The translations under genes and the position numbers were made by a program. The notes under the pieces were generated by a model. The model saw only the letters and a list, made by a program, of their open reading frames with translations. It had not been told where the DNA came from and searched no databases. A stretch of DNA of 64,000 nt from the NCBI GenBank assembly GCA_003284375.1, contig QBVL01000002.1:32821-96820 (forward strand), written 5' to 3'. Origin of the DNA: Prochlorococcus sp. AG-311-J23. GTDB lineage: Bacteria; Cyanobacteriota; Cyanobacteriia; PCC-6307; Cyanobiaceae. Numbering within the stretch: the stretch's first letter is position 1; each line of letters starts with the position of its first letter. Of the stretch, positions 56,867 to 64,000 are shown in pieces.

Positions 56867-57052
56867 ATGGAGTTTCTAAAAAAAATCCCTCCCAATATTT
56901 ATTTAATTTTTTCTTTGACTTTCATATCAATTGCTATTGCAGGTCTTTTTTTAGGGGGATTTATTTATGCCATCATATCTTTGGTATTTGGACTTGTTTC
57001 ATTAATAGCATGGACTTTTTTGGGATTATTTGAAGAAACTAAAAATACCTAG
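56867..57052 (+). CDS. Small two-TM hypothetical protein
   Basis: 61 aa, two hydrophobic helices. Confidence 0.6.
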   Translation: MEFLKKIPPNIYLIFSLTFISIAIAGLFLGGFIYAIISLVFGLVSLIAWTFLGLFEETKNT

Positions 57053-57431
57053 AAGCTTTAATAACCTTTGCAAAAAGTGTATGGCTAGCAAAAAATTCTC
57101 TTGATTTCAGTATCCATCAACGTCTTGTTTTCATTTTGAAGGAATTATTGTGTACTTAGTTTAGATAGGATTTCGTCGGTTAATAAAGGCTACTGATCCA
57201 GAAGTGATTTCCCCATCTAATGAATAAGGGAGCAGAGAAGGTAGTTATATCTCTAAACGGGCACTTTATAGCTCTGCTGAGGCTGGGTTTCTTCCTCTGG
57301 TTAAGTTGATCAAAAACCTTCTACCTTTAATTGGAATAACTTTTTTGCTGGCTCTCATCTGGTCGCAATGGACAACTAAACTAGGATTCTGTTCGCGAAT
57401 AATTCAAGTCTTTGTCTAGGTAACTTTTGAG

Positions 57432-57584
57432 TTATCTCCCGATAATGAAATGGTGAACAGAAGGAACCGTTCTATAGAGAATGTAAATAATAAGAACTAG
57501 TAAATTTCCTCCAACAACAGCGGCTCCTGCAGCAAAATTTCCTTCTTTAGTGGTGTAATCCCACTTTGGCTCGTTATCTGTCAT
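57432..57584 (-). CDS. Small single-TM protein (50 aa), not in ORF track
   Basis: MTDNEPKWDYTTKEGNFAAGAAVVGGNLLVLIIYILYRTVPSVHHFIIGR*. Confidence 0.65.
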   Translation of the reverse strand: MTDNEPKWDYTTKEGNFAAGAAVVGGNLLVLIIYILYRTVPSVHHFIIGR

Positions 57585-57784
57585 GGTTAAGTTATCAATT
57601 ACTTCATTATTGCCATTTATCCAACGCGATCAACAAATATAACTAATAGAGAATAAAGAAACTTCTGATTTTTAGAAATTTTAAAAGCTAATCCACTTTT
57701 CTTGAAGGTAAAATAAACATATTAATAGGTTGAGAGTTTTCGGTTCTTCAAATCTCTCTCTGACTACTTAGTTGAAATGAAAAC

Positions 57785-58108
57785 TTATACTTCCTCTTCG
57801 GAAACCACTTCGGCATCAACAACTTCTTTTGAATCAACAAATTCGTTTGTTTTTCTATCTATCCAACTGTTAATACCAAATACCAGAGGCTTTGATCCCC
57901 GATAAATAAAAATTGCGGTAGGAAGGACACTTATTATTCCCACCGCAGGATTTTTGAATATCAGTCGTCCTGCTTTGACATTAAAAAGAATAATTAAGAG
58001 AGAAGGAATTAGAACACTGAGAATGGTCTTCAGAGCTTCAGTCCATCCAACACGATAAACCCACCAAATTGAGGCTATGCCAGAAAAATATAAAATAAAA
58101 TATGTCAT
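57785..58108 (-). CDS. Hypothetical membrane protein
   Basis: 107 aa, three hydrophobic segments, acidic VVDAEVV tail. Confidence 0.75.
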   Translation of the reverse strand: MTYFILYFSGIASIWWVYRVGWTEALKTILSVLIPSLLIILFNVKAGRLIFKNPAVGIISVLPTAIFIYRGSKPLVFGINSWIDRKTNEFVDSKEVVDAEVVSEEEV

Positions 58109-58154
58109 GAAATATTACTTACTCAGTAAGTCAATTCTTATTGCTTCAATTATT

Positions 58155-58349
58155 CTATGAACTTCTTTTACGCTTTGAGTTTCTCGTCTCAAGGATATAA
58201 ACACTAAAAGCTATCAATAAAGTCACTAAGATTGACGCAGCTAGCCAACTTAATTGACTTGAGGTCATCCCTAAGTAAGGCCCATCAATAGGTTGCTCCG
58301 ACCAAGTACCAGGCAAGTGCCACACCTGAGGATTTGATAGAAAAACCAT
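58155..58349 (-). CDS. Small membrane protein
   Basis: MVFLSNPQVWHLPGTW N-terminus (recalled Prochlorococcus island family), TM helix, basic tail; AAAGG upstream. Confidence 0.7.
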   Translation of the reverse strand: MVFLSNPQVWHLPGTWSEQPIDGPYLGMTSSQLSWLAASILVTLLIAFSVYILETRNSKRKRSS

Positions 58350-58967
58350 GAATACCTTTCAATTAATTTATGAATAAATTTTATATTTAAAATGATCAAA
58401 TGCTATGAATAATTACTTATCGTTACTTGTTCGGCGAATAAAGATCGAAGACTCATTTGATTCTTAACCAGTTACAGGATTTTTAAATCCTTTAAAAATA
58501 ATAATTACTCATGGCAAGGCATTGAAACATAAGCCATCTTTAAGTAGAACTCATTCCGAATTTACAATGTCTAAGGCTGTGAACTGGGTTTTACTCCAAC
58601 TGGCTATGAGTTATTATGGAGACTCATTGAAAGAGTTTCAAGTTGAGAATGATTAGATATACATTGAGTTTTTAATATTTTTAATTTCTCAGGAATTTTA
58701 TGAAATTATTAACTCAGTTTATTATTCCTAATCCTAGATAGGCTGATCTGTCTAAAACGAATAATAGGACTTCAAAAACATTTAAAAAATTAGTTAAACA
58801 ATAAAACCCTCATTAATTTTTAAAGCAGTTATTACGTGATCTGCAGATATCTTTGCGTGAATCTAACCATTAGTGGTTAGAAATCCTTTGAAATTAAATT
58901 TAAAAAAAAGTAATCCATACTTAATTAATTGTGGTTTTTGTCTCAGTATTCCTTGCCTTAGTGGGGA

Positions 58968-59177
58968 TTAGAACTTTAAGCTCCAGTTTTGATGATGATG
59001 GATGTAATACTGCTCAAAACTGCCGACATCAGGAGGAGATATGGCGTTTTTGTGATGTATGACAACATCAGCACCATTTGAGCCATTCACACCTGCAAAA
59101 AAAAAGGATACTTGTGGCGTTTCACGAAAGACATGAATAGGGACAAAATAAAGAAGCATTTGAAAACTTCTTTTCAT
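58968..59177 (-). pseudogene. Probably 3'-truncated member of a picocyanobacterial/cyanophage family (FRETP...ISPP...YxHxHQ)
   Basis: VFRETPQVSFF, SNGADVVIH, AISPPD, QYYIHHHQ then an abrupt stop; recalled homologues continue for many more residues. Confidence 0.5.
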
Positions 59178-59278
59178 TACTTAATATAAAAAATCGAAAA
59201 AGGTTAATTTATAAATCCCAGTTTTCACCTAAGCAGATATCCTTATCTAAAGAATGAGCCTAGATAATATTTTATAGA

Positions 59279-59953
59279 CTAACCTTGCTTGGAACCAAGA
59301 CTTTTTAAATCAGAAAAAGAAAATACTTGTTTGTTTATAATTGAACCTTCTGAGGATTCTTGATTAATTGATCTAGAAGATAAAACCCAAGGTCCTCCTT
59401 TACCTAAAGGTATAAAATTATCTTTATAAAAACTTTTTCCTTTTAAATCTTTTTTTGAAATCGGGTCAAGATATTGGCTGGAATAACTCTTACTTAAGTA
59501 GCCACTACCAGTATTAGTAACATCCTTAGTAAGGATGATGATTAGATTTCCATGAATATGCCTGTAAACCATCGTCACAACATCGTCTTTGACCCTATAT
59601 TTGTCACCTTCATTCTTTCCTCCAACTATAATTTCTGAGCCAATCTCATTTTTATCCCCATAAGTAAAGGTGTTTTTACCATGAGTTTGTGTAAATGATC
59701 TTCTAACTCGATGAATAGCAACTTCCCAAAGTTGTGAAGAAATGGCTTTGTGTATTTCTTCATCATCTATTTCTTTAACAGTGGCTTTTAGATCTTGTCC
59801 TAAGCAAAAACTTCCTTTTATCTCTCTTTCCCCATCTGTCCAAGAACATCTTCCTTCATAACCTGAGAAATCTGATTCCCACGTATAACGATTTTCATAA
59901 GCAGACTTAAATAAATGCATACAATCTGCTCCTTTCATTTCGTTAGTCAGCAT
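59279..59953 (-). CDS. DUF3386 family protein
   Basis: FKSAYENRYTW, SQLWEVAIHRVRRSF, GYLSKSYSSQYLDP. Confidence 0.88.
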   Translation of the reverse strand: MLTNEMKGADCMHLFKSAYENRYTWESDFSGYEGRCSWTDGEREIKGSFCLGQDLKATVKEIDDEEIHKAISSQLWEVAIHRVRRSFTQTHGKNTFTYGDKNEIGSEIIVGGKNEGDKYRVKDDVVTMVYRHIHGNLIIILTKDVTNTGSGYLSKSYSSQYLDPISKKDLKGKSFYKDNFIPLGKGGPWVLSSRSINQESSEGSIINKQVFSFSDLKSLGSKQG

Positions 59954-60285
59954 AAAACTTTGTTTATGAATTATTCTAGTCAATTAATGACTTAATAAAC
60001 TAATTAAGATATATTTACGAAAAACAAACAATTATTTATAGTTATCCAATGCGATTGTTATTAGTAATAAACCCATAAAAATTATATTTCAAGAACTTAT
60101 TTTTAATTGCATTTATTAAAGATTAATATTTTGATAGATAAGACTTTGCAAGAGACTGCCATAACTCAAAAGTTTTCATTTAGTTGAAAACTCTTGATGT
60201 TTATTTTTAATATATTTTTTAAAAATTTTCAGATTATTTGATACACATCAACCCAAATCATAGGACCCTATTGAAGTTTATACGA

Positions 60286-60546
60286 TTATTCGTTGTTGTC
60301 TTCAACCAAAGATTTTATATTTGCTGAGCTTAGAGAATCATCCTTGTTATCAGATTTTTCATCCCAACCCCAACTTCTTTTAATTTCTTTTAGTGATCGG
60401 CTACTCTCTCTTTGTTGAGGACTTAAAGGGATCCAGCTCCAATCAACTAAAAGCGTTGCAGCAACTCCAAATAGGAAATGTCCGGCAAGTACTCCTATGA
60501 CATCAACTGTAGTGAGTGATTCTTGTCCAATAGAGGGATCGTACAA
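60286..60546 (-). CDS. Hypothetical membrane protein
   Basis: 86 aa ORF with one hydrophobic helix; TTG start. Confidence 0.55.
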   Translation of the reverse strand: MYDPSIGQESLTTVDVIGVLAGHFLFGVAATLLVDWSWIPLSPQQRESSRSLKEIKRSWGWDEKSDNKDDSLSSANIKSLVEDNNE

Positions 60547-60739
60547 ATTCTTTTACTAATAGTTTTTTAATTATAGGAATTTAACTAGTGGTTTAAAGAG
60601 AAAGTATGGATTCAGATTTTACTTTTTTATATAGATTTTTCTAATGTATTTAATCATTTTTACTATTATGTACGGTTGCCCACCATCAACCTTTTGAACA
60701 GGTCCATTAATTTACATACATATTAAATAAATTAACTTA

Positions 60740-60847
60740 ATGACTCCTGAAGCAGAAAAGTTTAATGGTTGGGCAGCAATGCTTGGATTAGTTGCAGCAT
60801 TTGGCGCATATGCAACAACAGGACAAATAATTCCAGGAATTTTCTAA
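60740..60847 (+). CDS. hli: High-light-inducible protein (multi-copy hli type), not in ORF track
   Basis: MTPEAEKFNGWAAMLGLVAAFGAYATTGQIIPGIF*; ExxNGxxAM chlorophyll-binding motif and TGQIIPGIF tail. Confidence 0.97.
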   Translation: MTPEAEKFNGWAAMLGLVAAFGAYATTGQIIPGIF

Positions 60848-60869
60848 ATTTCAATCATACAATTAAACA

Positions 60870-60970
60870 ATTCTTGACAGAAGTAACGGTAAGGCAACAT
60901 TGATGGCTTACCGATACTTTTAACAGGTATTTATCTAACAACATGCCAAGTCATCACTGATTTTGTTTAG
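60870..60970 (+). pseudogene. hli: Decayed second hli gene
   Basis: ILDRSNGKATLMAY/ILLTGIYLTTCQVITDFV*, compared with the typical AERxNGKxAM...GxYLTTGQIIPGFV*; frameshifted, no start codon. Confidence 0.75.
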
Positions 60971-61034
60971 CTACTAAACTTTGAAAATACTCATTAGATA
61001 AATTTTTTTTTGTCGAATAAGTCCTATTCCAAAC

Positions 61035-61229
61035 TCATAGGAATATTCCCTTTGATTGAACAAAACTGTGAAAAGTTGGATTGTGAAGATATTCAATATA
61101 AAGCGCGATTAAAAATGCTCCACTTAAGCAACAACTAGAAATGATTGAGCCGAAAATAAAAGCTTGTTTTTTGCTTAAGTTTTGGTTCGTATCTACAAAT
61201 ACAAATCTCTTTGATCTTGAGACAGTCAT
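61035..61229 (-). CDS. Small single-TM hypothetical protein
   Basis: 64 aa ORF with ATG start and one hydrophobic helix. Confidence 0.6.
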   Translation of the reverse strand: MTVSRSKRFVFVDTNQNLSKKQAFIFGSIISSCCLSGAFLIALYIEYLHNPTFHSFVQSKGIFL

Positions 61230-61296
61230 TTAAGTTTCTCAACTACTCAATATCTAGCCAAATCATGTCTCGATGATTCTATGCTTAATTTTTTCT

Positions 61297-61668
61297 TTAT
61301 GAAACCACTTTTTTTGAGTCAATAGCTTGGCAAGAAAATTCTTGAATTTCTCCATTAGGTAAAAGTTGAGCAAATCTTGGTTCATCCATTCTTAATCCAT
61401 TTTTCTCATCCTGATAACTCCAAAACCATTTTTTGTCCGTGAAAGATATATCACCGACCTTAAAAGATACTGGGAGCATGAGGTTTATATCTCGCCAATG
61501 AAGAACGATAAATGCTCCTTTATCAATATTTTCAAGATTATCAGTTATGGCGAAATCTCCATTTAAGTTATTTCTGATGACTGCGGTTAATCTGTCTCCA
61601 TCGCAATCGAAATCTGAAGAAGGATTAAGAGTAATAAGTAAACTTAGAAAAAACGAAATAAAAATCAT
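61297..61668 (-). CDS. Hypothetical secreted protein
   Basis: Hydrophobic N-terminus, FDCDGD...ISFTDKKWFWSY...EFSC. Confidence 0.75.
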   Translation of the reverse strand: MIFISFFLSLLITLNPSSDFDCDGDRLTAVIRNNLNGDFAITDNLENIDKGAFIVLHWRDINLMLPVSFKVGDISFTDKKWFWSYQDEKNGLRMDEPRFAQLLPNGEIQEFSCQAIDSKKVVS

Positions 61669-61829
61669 TTAGATTGAGCATAAGAAAAAGTTATATTTTT
61701 GAAATTATATATATCATGATTGGTTTATCTCTGATGAAGGAACTTATTTGAGATTAGAAGAGAGAATAAATTCGGTAAAATAAAATCATACAATAGGTTC
61801 TTCAAATCAAAAACTCAAAAAATACTCAT

Positions 61830-62249
61830 TTGAATTCGACGAAGATCAGCTGCAACTACCTTGGAGATTTGCATACTGAAGCAAAACATTCTCTTTCAGG
61901 GAGTGTCATTCATACTGATGCGCCCAAAGACCATGATGGTGAAGGAAAAGATTTTGCTCCAACTGATTTATTAGCGTCTTCTTTGGGAACTTGTGTAATA
62001 ACAATTATGGCCATAGAGGCAAAACGTAGGGGGTGGGAACTTGGTACGATTCAAATTGATGTTTATAAGACAATGACATCAGAGGGCCCTAGGAAAATAA
62101 AGGCCCTAGTATTAGAAATCTTTATGCCATCTGATTTAGATTCTCAAAAGTATAAAATACTTCAAATAACAGCGGAAGAATGTCCTGTAAAGCTTAATCT
62201 TGAATGCTCTGTTGATATTAAGTTGAATTGGCATCAAGCAAAAAATTAA
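61830..62249 (+). CDS. OsmC family protein
   Basis: TDAPKDHDGEG, PTDLLASSLGTC, CPV two-cysteine motif. Confidence 0.92.
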   Translation: MNSTKISCNYLGDLHTEAKHSLSGSVIHTDAPKDHDGEGKDFAPTDLLASSLGTCVITIMAIEAKRRGWELGTIQIDVYKTMTSEGPRKIKALVLEIFMPSDLDSQKYKILQITAEECPVKLNLECSVDIKLNWHQAKN

Positions 62250-62266
62250 AAACAGAATTAACCTTT

Positions 62267-62668
62267 TTAAATATTTTTCATTGTTTGATTTTTAAAAATT
62301 TCTTTAAGTGAATTACCTTTTATTTTGTTTAGGCCAAGTACTAATCCGCCCATTAATCCAACATTCATTAATACAGCTTTTATTTGAAAAGGATGAAAAT
62401 GAAAAATAAAAGTTGTTGGAACTATAAATATAAGAAGGAGATATGCACCTAATCTTTGCTTGAATCCTGAGATGAAAAGTATTGAGCCAAAAATCAAGCA
62501 AATGATGGCAGAAAATAATAAAAAAGAGGCTAATGTAGAAGATATGTTTTTATTTGATATAACTTCAACAGTTTGTTCGAAATTTATTATTTTACCAGGT
62601 ATTGCATAAATAAATATTGCTGATATCAGTATTCGACCTATTAAATTTTTTGTTTGTTCAAAGTTCAT
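62267..62668 (-). CDS. DoxX family membrane protein
   Basis: GRILISAIFI...K, FIVPTTFIFH, NVGLMGGL. Confidence 0.88.
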   Translation of the reverse strand: MNFEQTKNLIGRILISAIFIYAIPGKIINFEQTVEVISNKNISSTLASFLLFSAIICLIFGSILFISGFKQRLGAYLLLIFIVPTTFIFHFHPFQIKAVLMNVGLMGGLVLGLNKIKGNSLKEIFKNQTMKNI

Positions 62669-62869
62669 TTACATTATAATATGGTGAAAATTAATTTTAA
62701 TTGGAAATTCATAATGTTTGTTTTTTATTCAATTATGGAATATTGATGCTGTTTTTGTGGATATTTTTCGATTGTTGGAAAAATATGATTTAATTGTATG
62801 TTTTTTTGTTTAAGCAACAAAAAAAGAATCTATTGCTATCTTAGTTTATAGATTATTTGATTTTAAATA

Positions 62870-63001
62870 ATGACTAGGGATCGGGACTTTGTTCCTTCAT
62901 TTTACAAGAAGGGTTCTTTACATAATAAAATAGGGATGATATTACTCTGGGCATTCATATGCTTAGCTTTGATTCAAATTTTCATAATGATTCTTAATTG
63001 A
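62870..63001 (+). CDS. Small single-TM protein (43 aa), not in ORF track
   Basis: MTRDRDFVPSFYKKGSLHNKIGMILLWAFICLALIQIFIMILN*. Confidence 0.6.
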   Translation: MTRDRDFVPSFYKKGSLHNKIGMILLWAFICLALIQIFIMILN

Positions 63002-63105
63002 ATTATATTTACATAATTCTTTAATATTAGAAAAGTGATGGTTTAGATAATATTCGACTGCAAATAGTTTTCTTGCTTTAAATTTAGCTAAGTTTTGATT
63101 TAATC

Positions 63106-63354
63106 ATGATTCTTCTAGAAATTACCAATGCATCAGACGTCGTTGCCTCTAAAGCAGGTAAATTATTTGAGAAAATGACCCCAGAGATGATTGATCAGAA
63201 ATTAGTAGAAAGTCAGGTTATTCAGCAGATGATTGATCAACTTCAATTGGAGGGTCTAAAAGGACAGATTTCTAGTGTTAAAGGTTTAGATCTTATTGAT
63301 GATACATTGATAACTAAAAGTAGTTTTAAAATTAGGTTTACGAAGACCTTTTAA
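63106..63354 (+). CDS. Conserved hypothetical protein
   Basis: ILLEITNASDVVASKAG...VESQVIQQMI...EGLKG. Confidence 0.75.
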   Translation: MILLEITNASDVVASKAGKLFEKMTPEMIDQKLVESQVIQQMIDQLQLEGLKGQISSVKGLDLIDDTLITKSSFKIRFTKTF

Positions 63355-63595
63355 ATTGAATAAATATTTAAAAGTATTTTTATAATTTAAAAAAAAAATT
63401 TTTTTCGCGGACGAAGGGCTAGCTTTGTTATATCAACTAGTATTGGGTATACTTTTTAGACCATTTCTTGGATTGGATTTTGCTTAATATTGTTGAAGCT
63501 TTTCTTATGAAAACTTAATTATTCATTATTAAGAAGAGATTCGTTTTAATTACTCAGTCTTATCTATTCTAATTTCATATTGAAAAGGAATTGTT

Positions 63596-64000
63596 TTGGG
63601 TTTCGGTGCCCCAAAAATAAGCAATGAAGAAGAGCGCCTAAGAGCTCTTGCTGAGTATCGGATTTTAGGTACTCAGCCTGAACAATGCTACGACGACATA
63701 ACGAAAATTGCCTCTTTAACTTGTGGAACACCTATCTCTTTGATGAGTTTGGTTGACACAGATACTCAATGGTTTAAGTCAATGTGTGGATTTGATACGA
63801 AAGAAACATCAAGGGATGTTTCTTTTTGCGCTCATGCAATTGCTAGTACGGAACCATTGATTGTTGAGGATGCTCTATTAGACGAGCGATTCAAGTCAAA
63901 CCCTTTGGTGGTTGAGGAACCAAAAATTCGTTTATATGCTGGGTTTCCATTGCAAACCCCAAATGATCAGCGAATAGGCACTCTCTGCGTGATTGATAGA
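63596..64000 (+). CDS. GAF domain protein (runs off the window end), not in ORF track
   Basis: NEEERLRALAEYRILGTQPE, SLVDTDTQWFKS, RDVSFCAHAI, RLYAGFPL, IGTLCVID. Confidence 0.9.
   Translation, partial: MGFGAPKISNEEERLRALAEYRILGTQPEQCYDDITKIASLTCGTPISLMSLVDTDTQWFKSMCGFDTKETSRDVSFCAHAIASTEPLIVEDALLDERFKSNPLVVEEPKIRLYAGFPLQTPNDQRIGTLCVIDR

Noticed and set aside
58522-58656. 44-codon TTG ORF
   Set aside because: No motif or clear start signal; cannot be supported

Overview
AT-rich (roughly 35% GC by eye) chromosomal segment of a marine picocyanobacterium, most likely a low-light-adapted Prochlorococcus (inferred from gene content, bioK, an hli gene and the absence of apc genes next to the atp operon). 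Positions 1-47.7 kb are core genome: rlmN end, SSS symporter, ycf35 cluster, rsmG, bioFKCDA, a Ski2/HelY helicase, fumC, purB, tlyA, glnB, queF, ccsB/ccdA, ftsW, both ATP synthase operons (with the ATPC RNA motif), nadE/nadD, pepP, psrp3, groESL (with a K-box), secG, gpmI, a pyrR pseudogene, an Hsp70-like gene, rpoZ, DUF1818, DUF2811 and an EVE protein. From about 47.8 kb it becomes an island-like region: an amino-acid ABC transporter operon, an ABC-F ATPase, an hli gene, many small ORFs and several pseudogenes. The most notable unexplained signals are (i) a cluster of DnaA-box-like 9-mers around the ribbon-helix-helix-like DUF2811 gene, with no dnaA/dnaN in the window, and (ii) a diverged remnant of the EVE gene 5' end plus a dead paralog of its neighbour on the far side of the ABC operon, suggesting the operon came in by recombination at the EVE locus. 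No CRISPR array, tRNA, rRNA, integrase or transposase was seen. All family assignments are from recognised motifs, not database searches.
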